A DNA stretch of 64,000 bases from the NCBI GenBank assembly GCA_964016885.1, contig OZ024741.1, forward strand, positions 56,296,001-56,360,000, read 5' to 3'. Below the pieces are notes generated by a model that did not search any database, was not told where the DNA came from, and saw nothing but the letters and a program-made list of their open reading frames with translations. The translations under genes and the position numbers were made by a program. Positions 28,101 to 38,320 of the stretch are shown in pieces; position 1 is the stretch's first letter, and every line of letters starts with the position of its first letter. Source of the DNA: Eledone cirrhosa (taxonomy: Eukaryota).

Positions 28101-31100
28101 TATAATTCTGACAAAAAAATGTCATCCAACAGGTACAGGCATGGCTGAGTGGTTATGGAGTTTACTTCCCAACCAATTGGCGCTGGATTCAGTCCTGTTG
28201 TGCAGAACCTTTGGCAAGTGTCTTCTATTATACATTCAATGTTGACCAATGCCTTCTCAGTAGAATGTGGTAAACAGAAACTGCAGAAGTCCATTGTATG
28301 TACATACATATCATCACCGTTTAATGTCCATCTTTCACGCTAGCATATATATCATCATCATCATCGTTTAACGTCCATCTTCCACGCTTGCATGGGTTTG
28401 GACGGTGTTGTATATATAAATATATATATATATATATATAGATATATATATATATATACTAGCCGAATTACCCGCGCCTTGCTGCGTTTCAGACATTTTT
28501 TTTGTAAGAAAATGATGATTGATTTTAAATCAGTGATATAATTTATGGAGAAAACTCTGCATTTCAATATTACTCAATGTAAAATGTAATGCATGAAAAA
28601 TTGGAAAACATTATTTTTTGTAATATATCAAATCAAAATTACATTATTAAATCTTATTCTTATTTTGTTTCTTGTAAATAATTTTTTTCAAAATATCAAT
28701 TCAAAACTTTTGTGAATAGGCATCATATCTTGTCATTTACCTATGGTTTAAATTTCATATAAATCGAAGGGAAAACATTTTCAGCTGGGGGTTGTTCCTC
28801 CGGAGAACTCTTTGATTAAGATGAAATATACTTATCCAAGTACCCTGGGAAATGTAGTTTCAGAATATATATGGTTATGGGGGTCTATCTCCAAAACCAT
28901 AGGAGGAGTTTGTGAACAAACAGACAGGAACTACAACTTTATATATATGCAGGAGAGAGAGGAGAGAAAATGCTATCAACTATACATACTTCTTCATTCA
29001 TCTGTGGCCGGTATTGGCGATGAAGCTCCATTATTATCCGAAGACATACTAGAACATTCTCCTCATTTTCAACCTAAATAAATAAATAAAAGAACAAAAG
29101 ATTATTCAATATCATGAAAGAAGTAATATCTTATTATTAGCTTTTTATTGACTATATGCAAGTTTTTCACCACACCATCAGAACATGCCCATCTGTGATA
29201 AGTGTTATGTTGTTTTCTAAGGAGTATGGAAGGTGTCTGACTTACATAGGATTTGATGCATTGAGTGAATTTGTTTTGGCAATACTTATTGTATATTTTA
29301 ATGTTGCACTTGTATTTGAAGGCAATTGTGAATAATATGTGTTGTGTAAGACAATATTGTGAGGTGATTGTGTAGAATATTCAGTATTGGGAAATGAATG
29401 TGTAGAATGTTGTGTAAGATGTGTTGAAGTCTGGTGATGTGATTATGTAAATTGTATTGTATTGAGAGGTGATTGTATAGCGTGTTAAGATGTCTTATAG
29501 ACTGGAGAGATGATTGTGTACAATGTTGTATAGGATATGTTATAGTATTATGAGCTAACTAAGTAGAATGTGTTGTGAAAGTTGTGTTGTTATTTACCTC
29601 TAGGCCAACTCTGATTTAGTAGACTTATGATCAAAAACTTGTCAGTCTTTTATTTAGATGTAATGTATTGTGATAGAGAGAGAGGTGCGATAAACCAAAA
29701 AACAGGGACATTTTATATTTACTTTCTACAAATTTCTATGAGAATGATAAGAGAGAGAATATGGTGACAGAGGTGAAGGAGTGAATTCTGGTAAATTACC
29801 TTTAGAAGTTTAAACATCAAAGGAAGGATCTGAGGAATATACCGTTTCAGGTATTCATTGCATGGAATTCGGTGGATAATTTCCAACAACAGTTTACGGA
29901 GTTGCTGTGAAAAAAGAAAAGAAAAAGGACAAATAATAATGGTAACTAATTTAGGAACAAGGGCAGTAATATTGAGGGAAGTGGAAAGTTGGTTATATTG
30001 ACTCTAGTACTTGAAACAACCAGTATCCTGCTAGTTTAGCACATAAAAACCCACGACCACTTTACAGTGTGGACTTGGGGCTGGAGTGGGGGATGTGCAT
30101 GGGGATTGGAGATTTTATCTAGTGGGAGGGTGTGGATGAAGAGTGGGGTGTTAGGGCGTGGGAGGTATATGGGGTGTATGGAAAAGTAGTGCATACTAGA
30201 TGTATGCTTCAACTTGTGCACATAGGAAGGCATGTCTTCTGTATTACTATATAAAGCCAGAAATCTCAATCTTGTGTCATCACCTTTCAGAGTTGTAATT
30301 GTGCAAGGTCAGCTTTTATCACCTCATCCCATGTCTTCCTACTCTATAGCTTCAATCAACTTTGAGCACTCTGCACCTTTTCATACAAATGCAATCTTCT
30401 CTCCTGCACAGTGCAGCTGATCCCTCTTATGCTTAGTTTCTCTCTCAGTTCATTTATGTTTTGTCTTTCTTGTATATTACTATTACACATCCATCAAAGC
30501 ATGCCAGCTTCATTTCTTTCCAATCTTTGTAGGTTCGTATACACACATCATGCAATCTGCCCATCATTTTCAGGGAAAATCCTTTTGTAGCTAGCAACTG
30601 TAGTAGCTACCTGAATTTTTTCCATCCTCTTCTCACTCTAGCTACTGTACTTTTGGTACACTCACATCTACTGTTAATTTGGTCACTCAGGTAACAGAAG
30701 TTGTCAACTACTTCTACAAAACCTTCAACGAATTTGATAGCACTTGTTTCCTGTGAGTGTTCTCTGCAGTGGCCATATTGGCACGCACACATGTTTATAC
30801 ACATGATCTTATCTAGATATACTCACACATACACAACTCACCTGCATGTTTTGTTCGGCCACAAAATGTGGCTCGCCTTCATCCAGAATCTTAAGAAATA
30901 CTCTGAGAGCATCCTGTAGAAATTGTGGGTACTGTGGAGAAATAACTATACTCTGAAATAGAGAAAGAGAGAGAATCAAACATCCATAAAACAGTGGTCA
31001 GTTGACAGGCTAATTGGATGTTTTTACACTCATTGGGTGAAGGAGATCTCTCTGAGAATGGGGAGAAGCACAATATTTCAAATAGGAACAGTTTACTACT

Positions 31101-34100
31101 CCAAAGAGGAACAGCTTACTTCTGCAAAAAGCATACTACACCCACATAGAGCAATATATTTCTACAATGAAAAATAGTATACCCATGCAAAGATGAGTAG
31201 CACAGTATTACAAACAGGGGCAGCTTACTTCTGCACAAAGAAACATATTCCTGCAATGAAAATGAACACAACTCCTAAAAAAAAAAAAAAAAAAAAAAAA
31301 GGGTGGGAAGCTTACTCCTGCATAAAGCATACTACTCCCATAATGAAAAGTAGCACAGACGTGCAAAAGAACAAGTGCAAGACTTATTTCTTCCTCTCCA
31401 CATATTTAATTCTAATTAGGTTTTCTTAAATACTCTGTGCACTAAATATGTTACCTCTACCTTAACTAATTTTTACATTATCATGGACGAGGTGGAATAT
31501 TTCAACTATAGCCTTTTCCTAACAACTAATCAACTCTGAATTGTAAGGTAATAGTATTAATAGACTAGGTAGGATAGAGTGAGTTCTGTAATTTTTTAAC
31601 TCAAGACAGTGAGGTCATCCAAGGATAAATAAAATATCAGTCAAGAAGGGTTGGACTGGCAGGAACCACTAGAACATCATTAGAAGAGATGATTTGCAAC
31701 ATTTGTTCCAGCTTGTTGTATTTTGAGTTCAAATCCTGCCATGGCCTACCTATGTGGTAGAGCTAACTGTCTGGTTTAACACCACCACCAGGCCTTGAAA
31801 GTTTTAGTAGTTTCTCTATGTTGCAAGCATTTGGTTCAAGTTTCCAGTTTAAAGATACTTTCTTCCTTTCCAAAGATCTGACAAGCTTCATGGGCATAGT
31901 CATTCCTTCTGAGTGAGGTATGGTAAAAAAGCAGTGTTTTTAAATAGCCCAAAGTATGTAATAGGCATTGATTAGAGAGTACAACTGTATGGATATATCA
32001 AAATTTGATCTTGAGATAAGGAAAAATTTCAGCACTTTAAATCATATAGCTATTGAATATCTGCCACAACGAAAAGATAAAAAAGACCCAGTCTCCTGTG
32101 TAAGATGGTCATACAAATGTCACAATGAAAAGCCCAGTCCACCCTGTAAAGTGGTAGTGGTGATGCCAGTACATGCTGTAATGTGGTTGGCATTGGTAAA
32201 GGCATCCAGTCATGGAAAACCAAGCCACAAAACAGGTTGTATGACTAAAATGTGGTCACCTGCCTGGGCTAACCTCATAATGTGATACCCATTTAAACCA
32301 TGTAAGCATGGAAAATAGATGTTAAATGGTGATGATGATGATTAAGTCAAATAGAGGACTTAGTAGTTTAATGTGGTTGCAGTTATATATGAATGTATGA
32401 CTAACAACCTAGTAAATAATAGAACACCTGAAACAAATTATTCCTCATGTGTTAAGTAAACTGTGTTAATGAAAATAATTTTATTATGACTTACCTCAAA
32501 ATTTTCACTGAGTTCTTGGGCAGCTTTCAGCTTCTTCTCAACAACTAGAAAAAATTTGAAATGTGAGAATCCCAAATGCAGAAAATAAATCACTATAGAT
32601 AATAGTTGAGAAAACTGAGTAAATTCCCCTTAGAGACAGAAAAAAGTGGAGAGAAGCATCTTTTACAAGAGAAATTCAACAAAAAAGCAAGGAAAAAATT
32701 ATCAAACCAAAATATATTGAGGGCAGAGAGAGAGTATGAAGTAGAAAGATTATAAATATGATAGAAAGAACTACAATTAGAACGATTATTTCCAGTGTAC
32801 AACAATCATATACAAACACACATACAGCACCATTGTCAAAGTACAAACTGCAGACTATATGGTGTTCTATCTATAACAGCGGAGCCACCAAGAGATCAGT
32901 AAGAAGTGCCAAATGTTCATTAATATTATCATTCTTTCTCCGTGACACTTCCAACAGTAAAATAGTTAATATGACATAAAGAAGCAGATAGCAGTCAGAT
33001 CTTATCAGCTGTTAATCACAATCACCTTCAACTTGAAGATTCCAATCCAATGTTTTCAACCAATAAATGGGAAAACTGTTGGATGTATCCCCAGGAGATG
33101 ATTCACTTGTCAGTTATCATCATTCTGCTACAGTTTTGTCACTAAAGTTCACTATAAGTCTCATATTTCTGGAAATGTTTGAATGGGAATGCAAATTAAT
33201 GTTTATCCATATTCATAGATGTCAGAGACATCATTGTCAATACAATAGCCAACATAATCATTGTTTTAATGAGTGTTTTTTCCTATTTAAGTTACATATC
33301 ATTACTTTCCAAATACAAATCATATTGAAATTGATTTTGTTTTTTACCCTTCATTTTAATGCTGGGTTGTCAATTTAATCAATATTGCCTCCTCACAAAA
33401 TGTGGTTATAAATAGGTTCTGCAGAGTTTCTGCTTACTGAATTTCACCCACAAGACAATCAACCTGAGCTATAATGGAAGACATTTGTCCAAGGTACCAT
33501 GCCCTGGGATCAAACACAATATCATGTAGTTATGAAACAAACTTCTTCACACAATCATGCCTGTATCTATATGTACCTATGTATGGGCCCGTAACTCCTG
33601 GTGGAGTCATAAGGGTGCTGTAGTGACATATGTTGGGTACTTTAAATTTGACAGAAACCATCCATTCTACATGTTTGAATATAGTCGATTTCTTCGAGAG
33701 AAGGCGAGAAGGAATGATAGAAAGGAAGTGAGAAGGAATGATAGAAAGGAAGTGAGAAGGAATGATAGAAAGGAAGTGAGAAGGAGATATAGAGGAAGAA
33801 CCAACTCCATTAGGGGAGTGGTACTTTTTTAGTGACCTCAAAAGGATGAAAAGCAAGGTCAACCTTGGTGGTTCTTGATGTGAACTCAGATTGCAAGAGC
33901 TGTAACAAATACTGCAAAGAATTCTATCCAACATTCTAATGACTCTACTAATTTGCTGCCTCAGTGTCAATATATGAAGTTAAAAATGTTGTAAATGTCC
34001 TTGTCTTCCTCTCACCATTCATGCACTACTTCCCTTCTATGTTGTTTCCCATACACAAAATACATGTATCCAGTTTAGAATCAGTACACTGTATCTACGT

Positions 34101-34502
34101 GTGTTGTAAGAAGCAATTAAAAGTTAGGACCAAGAAGGATATCTAGCCAGGAAACAATGCCTAGAAAAAAAGACCTCATTATGTGTATGATAATTCTTTT
34201 TATTATTAGCATAAGGCCAGCCATTTAGGGGAAGGATAAAGTTGATTATATCGACCCCACAACCTCAGAGCTTAGAAAGCCATAACTAAATACTGCAAAG
34301 CATTTGGTTTCATGCTCTACAAGTACTACCAATCCACCACCCTCATGACATGTATAATAGTATGAAATGAAAAGCAGGGGTAGTAAAATAAAGAGAGAAC
34401 CATACTTGCTGGTGTAGGATCTGCAATTAGAGCTATATATGATTTCACTGTGGTCATCTGAGCTGCGGCATCGTGTGGATTCATGGAGGGGGCCAGCATC
34501 AT
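79..34502 (-). CDS. TRRAP: Transformation/transcription domain-associated protein (PIKK pseudokinase scaffold of SAGA/TIP60); N-terminal 860 aa in 22 coding exons, continuing beyond position 1
   Basis: Hand-spliced exons keep one open frame with matching intron phases. Peptides such as DCRSLVKTLVCGVKTITWG, LYLKLFKLVFGSVSLFAAENEQMLK, LFRSIGGGSHD and GLRTLELCVDNLQP match recalled TRRAP/Tra1 sequence. Confidence 0.97.
801..967 (-). CDS. TRRAP: TRRAP coding exon 21 (followed by a GC donor)
   Basis: 167 nt; LNSLQSGLHKQHIKDLFVELCLTVPVRLSSLLPYLPMLMDPLVSALNGSQTLVSQ; donor CAG|GCAAGT. Confidence 0.93.
1100..1781 (+). repeat. Tandem array of about 3 copies of a ~210-250 bp dispersed SINE-like repeat
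   Basis: Unit ggagc..tgtggtcattcaacttgctagaaa..caaatc..ggatggtcatggctggaatg..ggctaaacaac; related copies at ~5280, 50800, 53705 and 54040. Confidence 0.6.
1791..1956 (-). CDS. TRRAP: TRRAP coding exon 20
   Basis: 166 nt; PHLHTIVNRSMSLAMTAKEPYNYFLLLRTLFRSIGGGSHDMLYQEFLPLLPNLLQ. Confidence 0.95.
2447..3208. mobile_element. TTAA-flanked MITE (piggyBac-type ends) with a nested RTE-3'-tail repeat
   Basis: TTAA-CCCTTTTGATATCA ... TGGTAACAAAAGGG-TTAA; 2720-3155 is an array of ~46 bp units plus the RTE tail. Confidence 0.6.
3257..3354 (-). CDS. TRRAP: TRRAP coding exon 19
   Basis: 98 nt; SNTERSNLYLKLFKLVFGSVSLFAAENEQMLK. Confidence 0.95.
4326..4640. repeat. Inverted repeat (~85 bp arms) carrying decayed hammerhead-like motifs
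   Basis: 4326-4408 is an imperfect reverse complement of 4557-4640; flanked by TA-rich microsatellite. Confidence 0.65.
4753..5099 (+). mobile_element. tRNA-derived SINE with CORE-like central domain and RTE-type 3' tail
   Basis: A box TGGCTTAGTGG, B box GAGTTCAATTC, CCTTGAGCAAGACACTT core, tail shared with the LINE at 23430-23700, ends (GAT)n. Confidence 0.85.
5134..5230 (-). CDS. TRRAP: TRRAP coding exon 18
   Basis: 97 nt; IIANSFLANNATSATFATILVEFLLARMEEMG. Confidence 0.94.
6016..6054 (-). CDS. TRRAP: TRRAP coding exon 17 (39 nt)
   Basis: YMVDRIHNNYALQ, AG/GTAAG bounded, phase 0/0. Confidence 0.9.
7474..7527 (-). CDS. TRRAP: TRRAP coding exon 16 (54 nt)
   Basis: FTMMNPQTFKEIFSITIE, phase 0/0. 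Confidence 0.9.
8923..8980 (-). CDS. TRRAP: TRRAP coding exon 15
   Basis: 58 nt; GQSVRTKEEKEVLEHFAGV. Confidence 0.92.
9527..9619 (+). ncRNA. Candidate type-I hammerhead ribozyme with long stem II
   Basis: Stem I CACATAT/ATATGTG, CTGAAGA 9534-9540, stem II containing AGGAACGA/TCGTTCCT, GAAA 9601-9604, GTA triplet 9610-9612. Confidence 0.6.
9681..10113 (+). mobile_element. tRNA/CORE-like SINE with RTE tail (second near-full copy)
   Basis: Closely similar to 4753-5099 with one extra internal subrepeat; (GAT)n end. Confidence 0.85.
10512..10774 (-). CDS. TRRAP: TRRAP coding exon 14
   Basis: 263 nt; TARFGVSATQYTTYSVADCRSLVKTLVCGVKTITWG...MVRPA. Confidence 0.94.
11556..11682 (-). CDS. TRRAP: TRRAP coding exon 13 (variable linker)
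   Basis: 127 nt; RQSQLNAEKCAADSAKPDVKTPEITTVDVKPILLEIKEKEEK; phases fit both neighbours. Confidence 0.85.
12175..12666 (-). mobile_element. Non-autonomous Helitron-like element, family A copy 1
   Basis: Minus strand starts TCTATA, ends in a GC-rich subterminal segment plus CTAG, inserted between A and T; highly similar to 28459-28948. Confidence 0.7.
12850..13200 (-). mobile_element. Highly decayed non-LTR retrotransposon RT C-terminal fragment
   Basis: Minus-strand VEFTYLGSRISSYESNVNTHVGKA*CAIDKL. Confidence 0.45.
14205..14296 (-). CDS. TRRAP: TRRAP coding exon 12
   Basis: 92 nt; GRELFMRMLEVFVLKFKTITKIQLPQILQK. Confidence 0.94.
14844..15048 (-). CDS. TRRAP: TRRAP coding exon 11
   Basis: 205 nt; PLAYSTLADLIHHVRQNLPL...IQTMSCKLLLNLVECIRTKSDQESGN. 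Confidence 0.95.
15162..15323. repeat. Foldback inverted repeat (72 bp arms, 18 bp spacer), MITE-like
   Basis: 15162-15233 is an imperfect reverse complement of 15252-15323; a related single arm lies at 32563-32639. Confidence 0.7.
17247..17325 (-). CDS. TRRAP: TRRAP coding exon 10
   Basis: 79 nt; FVPCIEKMFQENVVIGSGWTAQESH. Confidence 0.92.
18643..18781 (-). CDS. TRRAP: TRRAP coding exon 9
   Basis: 139 nt; DQVSQNSQQLVQGLLGLFTLCPPEVAHLRKELLIAARHILTTDLRN. Confidence 0.94.
19279..20190 (-). mobile_element. Non-autonomous Helitron, family B
   Basis: 5' TCTATATATATAAAA then (CTGT)n; 3' hairpin CCCGAGCAACGCCGGG, then CTTTACTG and CTAG; A|T target site. Confidence 0.85.
19584..19731. repeat. 37 bp minisatellite x4 inside the Helitron
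   Basis: tgtctgtctgcacgcctatatcacctctctgcacgac repeated. Confidence 0.95.
20486..21630 (+). pseudogene. RTE ORF, endonuclease part
   Basis: Open frame within ORF 20378-21676; breaks at the deletion junction near 21630. Confidence 0.85.
21645..23198 (+). pseudogene. RTE ORF, reverse transcriptase part with PHD-like finger
   Basis: Open frame within ORF 21588-23198 with all RT motifs; C4HC3 finger at 22413-22544. Confidence 0.88.
24471..24567 (-). CDS. TRRAP: TRRAP coding exon 8
   Basis: 97 nt; NNPAFNKEVFVDFIGAQIKTLSFLAYIIKSYQ. Confidence 0.94.
26087..26253 (-). CDS. TRRAP: TRRAP coding exon 7
   Basis: 167 nt; YNIIPRAVLSLKVLAELPIIVVLMYQIYK...LIMNTITLQPQAQL. Confidence 0.95.
27263..27457 (-). 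CDS. TRRAP: TRRAP coding exon 6
   Basis: 195 nt; IQGFLQFVKKIYANLPNYLHKIFEP...NQSVS. Confidence 0.92.
28459..28948 (-). mobile_element. Non-autonomous Helitron-like element, family A copy 2
   Basis: CTAG end in (TA)n; highly similar to 12175-12666. Confidence 0.7.
28990..29073 (-). CDS. TRRAP: TRRAP coding exon 5
   Basis: 84 nt; VENEENVLVCLRIIMELHRQYRPQMNEE. Confidence 0.94.
29800..29904 (-). CDS. TRRAP: TRRAP coding exon 4
   Basis: 105 nt; QLRKLLLEIIHRIPCNEYLKRYIPQILPLMFKLLK. Confidence 0.94.
30420..30760 (-). mobile_element. Decayed RTE fragment (same family as the 20.4-23.7 kb LINE)
   Basis: EGFVEVVDNFCYLSDQI...STVARVRRGWKKFR. Confidence 0.75.
30842..30952 (-). CDS. TRRAP: TRRAP coding exon 3
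   Basis: 111 nt; SIVISPQYPQFLQDALRVFLKILDEGEPHFVAEQNMQ. Confidence 0.92.
32495..32544 (-). CDS. TRRAP: TRRAP coding exon 2
   Basis: 50 nt; VEKKLKAAQELSENFE. Confidence 0.9.
33706..33785. repeat. 24 bp purine-rich tandem repeat x3.3
   Basis: gagaaggaatgatagaaaggaagt. Confidence 0.9.
34406..34502 (-). CDS. TRRAP: TRRAP first coding exon (exon starts at 34522; at least one more upstream exon implied)
   Basis: MMLAPSMNPHDAAAQMTTVKSYIALIADPTPA; TTTTTCAG acceptor at 34523-34530; GTATG donor. Confidence 0.85.
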
Positions 34503-35134
34503 TTCAGCAATCAGAATATCACCTGAAAAAGAGATAAAGCAATATATAAATACATTATTTATATTGTGTTATGTAGGGTAGAGGCAACTCTTCAGTATGG
34601 TCAAATATATGATAACCACTCTAGTGCTCCCAGTACATTGGTAGTGCTGGTGCCACAATAATCTGCTCTCAATACATTTTGAAAAATAGCAGTGCTAGTG
34701 TCATTGATAAAATATTTCCAGTACACACTGTAAAGTGGTAGTGCTGGTGCCATGATAAGATGAATTCAGTACAGTACACCCTGTAAAATGGAAGTCTAGT
34801 GCCATGATAAAATACGCCCACTACACACTGTAAAACGATTAGAATTAAGGACATCTAACTGTAGAAACCATGCCAAATATGGAACATATGAGCATAATCT
34901 TGAACAGTGATCCATGGAATCAATGCCTGCATAGGGTAAAATGACTATGGTTATGATGTTATTGGTTTCAGTCATTGAAGTGAGGCTACGCTGGGATATT
35001 GCATTTTAGAAATTTTAGCTAATTATATCAAACCCTGTACTTTGCTGGCTACTTTATCAACCTCACAGTCAACCTAGACAAAAGGTGACGTGAATAAGAT
35101 GGAGTGAAATGCCACCAATGTATTTTCATTCTAT

Positions 35135-35465
35135 ATGCTGGAGAAAAATGAAGCAAGCATGCTCCGTTGGATGTGTAATGTCAATGTACGTGAACAACCA
35201 AGCATGGATGAGTTGGAGAGAAGACTGTGATGGTATGAACATATGATGCGCATGGAGGATGACCGCTGGGTAAAGAAGTGCCAAGAAATGACAGTAGAAA
35301 GAAGACCATGAACAACATGGGCAGAGGTAGTGAGAGCGGACCTCAGATCGCTGAAGCTCATGGAGATGACTAAGAAGCGTGATAGGTGGAGAGAAGCTGT
35401 GCTGAATAGGATCCGTCCCACCCTTGGAAGCAGGGAAAAGCAGACGTAAAATAATGATGATGATG
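35135..35465 (+). mobile_element. 5'-truncated RTE 3' fragment
   Basis: LEKNEASMLRWMCNVNVREQ...; ends (GAT)n. Confidence 0.75.
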
Positions 35466-37279
35466 TCAATTCTGCTATTTCATACTAATATACATACACA
35501 GAAATAAACACAATTACTAAGGTAACTGCGCTTCAAGTTTTCTTTTTAGAGATATATTCAAATACTGAATGAGCCTTCAGATGTGAAGTATTCAGCCACA
35601 GTCAACCTCTATATGCAATAAATTTGACTCTACTACCAGTACTGTACTCTTTCACCAGCAAATGTTTGTATTTATCACTTAACAACTCAAAGTTAATATA
35701 TTATCATCACTTTATGCCTGCTTTCTATGCTGGCACAGGTCACAGTCCAAGACCAGATGGGTCTGAGAGACCTGACCTTGCTTATATGTTCCATATTTGG
35801 CATGGTTTCTATGATTAGATGTCCTTCCTAATGTAATAACAATAAATAACAATATAGACATTAAGATGATTGAAAGGAGTCGGGGGGGAGGGGGGCATTT
35901 GTTAAATAAGAAGTTTCTGGAAATTCTTCAGACTATCAAAACTCAAACTTGACTTTAATAAAGAATATGTAGTTGTGTGCTAAGTTATATCTGAATATAT
36001 ATAGTATAGAGGGTAACCACAAATGCATAAAAATGTATATATTAAAATGAAAATTAATAGAAACTTTTAATGTTCAAAACTAGTTGGATTCCTTATGAGA
36101 AGATATGTCTAAAAAAGAGTACCAGTCATAGACCTTGTGCCTATGTCAGAAATCATTTCCATATGTAAATAAAATTGTTTTATTTTATTATGCATTTGCA
36201 TATTATTAGTGCTCATGTTTATATATATATATATATATATATAAATTAACTAGTAACATAACATTAGTATGTCCAAATGTGGTTGGTGTTAGGAAGGGCA
36301 TCCAGCTGTAAAAACCCGGCCAAATTGACAGTCCTGTCAGTGCAAGGTACGGCGCGGTCAATTCTCGCCAGAATTATCTCTCGACACAGATGACTCGCCT
36401 GACCCATGCAAGTATGGAAAAATAGACATCATATACATATTTATCATTAGCATTTTAATTTATACATATTTACACACACACATTCGTAATACATTATATC
36501 AAAAACATGACTGTGCTCAAGTTTGGTATAGCTTTGTCATTGTTCCTTAGTTTATTATGCTTACTTTTAAACAATAGAACCCCTAAACCCATATATCTAT
36601 CAACATCTTGAGACTTCTAGGGTTTCTTTTGCAGAATAAGAATGATGAAGGTATTGAATTAGGAACACTGTTTCAAACCCAACATAAAAAAGATAAAACT
36701 TGAGCATAATCGCTCTTAGTAGAAAAGTAGCAGCCTGGTTGCTTCATACAATTACATAAATGTTCAGTATATGCAAATAATGTCAACACCACCCACTTCC
36801 CATGCACATGAACTCAAACATACATCTGGCAGGCACCTCTTAACCACTATAGTTCCTCCCATATACTCCCCACGCCCCTACATCCTGCCACTGTAAATTT
36901 ATGTTAGTATCACAAAAAATATCCAGCCCACAGGTGTCATGACAAAAAGCGCCCCGCACACACTGTAAATGTGGTTGGCGTTAGGAAGGGCATTCAGCCG
37001 TAGAAACCTAGCCAGAAACAGTACTATATGAGCAAGACACAATCACCTGATCCAACTTGCCTCTAATGGGATAACCCGTCTAATAATCCATGCTAGTGTG
37101 AAAAATGGGCGTTAAACGATGATGATGATGAACAAGACTATGCAGATATATACAGTACCAAAAAAGATAGTGGACACACTTAACCACAAAGGGCACTGGA
37201 GCTTCCTTCCAATAATTTTTTAACTAAACCAACACACATACACATATATATCATTCGTATTAATTTTACTTTCATACTA

Positions 37280-38320
37280 TACAATATTTGACCCAAAAGT
37301 AAGAGTACTGATGTTTTATTTAAATGTATATGAAATTACAAGTTATCTCCTTCAAAATATGACCACTGAGAAGTCACACAGTGGTTCCAATGATTTTTCC
37401 ATTGATCGTACAATACTGGAAGTGATTTTCTGTAAATGACCCTAGCTCATGTTACAATATTTTGTATGTTTTCAACAAATGATGACTCTTCAATTTTGAT
37501 TTCAACTGAGGAAAGAGTGGAAATGTTTTTCTTCGATAGAAATTCTCCAATTGAAAGTTCTGTGTGAGCAGGCACTTTATTGTGGTGTAGTACCCAATCT
37601 CCTACAATGTCCTTTCGGACTTGCTGGACCAGTTTTCGAAGTGGTTCCAAGACATCTTTGTAGAAGGTGCGATTAACTGTCTGTCCTGGAGGTAAAAATT
37701 CTTTGTGAACAATACCACAGCTTTTGAAAAACTAATAATCATCATTTCACCCTGGTTCTGCTGATGCACTTTTCTTCGAGCGAGGAGAATTTTTCGTGTG
37801 CCACTCTTCACTTCGCCGTTTTGTCTCTGAATTGTACTAGAACATTCATGATTGATCTCCTGTTATTACTTTATCCAAGAATTTTGGTTCAATTTCGAGA
37901 CTTTCTAGCAAATCCTGACAAATTTTCAACCAGTTCACTTTTTGCTCCACTGACAGGTGTTTGGGCACTAGTTTGGCACAAATGTTTTGCATATGCAAAT
38001 GGTCTGTTAAAATTCTTTAAACTACATTTTTATCCAAGCCTGTTTCTTCTGCAATCATCCTAACACTTAATCAGCTATCTTTCACCATCACTGCTCACAC
38101 CACTTCCACATTTTGTTCATTTGTTGAAGAGATTGGCATTCCAGAACAAGGTTCGTCTTCAACATATTTTTGGCCTTCTTTGAAAGCTTTTTACTTCCCG
38201 ATAGTGCGGCATCTCCATAAGCTTGTGTTAAAAAATTAAATGTTTCAGTGGTAGATTTGATGAGTTTCACACAAAATTTGATCAAATTCAGTTGTTCGAT
38301 GTTTTCCTGTATCGCAAATA
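37280..38320 (-). mobile_element. Decayed mariner (Tc1/mariner) transposase relic
   Basis: IKFCVKLIKSTTETF...AYGD, AKLVPKHLS, VITGD, HKEFLPPGQTVN, WVLHHNKVPAHT with stops and frameshifts; one TIR-like end TACAATATTTGACCCAAAAGTAAG at 37280. Confidence 0.85.

Noticed and set aside
33557-33832. ORF with repeated RRNDRKEV
   Set aside because: It is the product of the 24 bp intronic tandem repeat.
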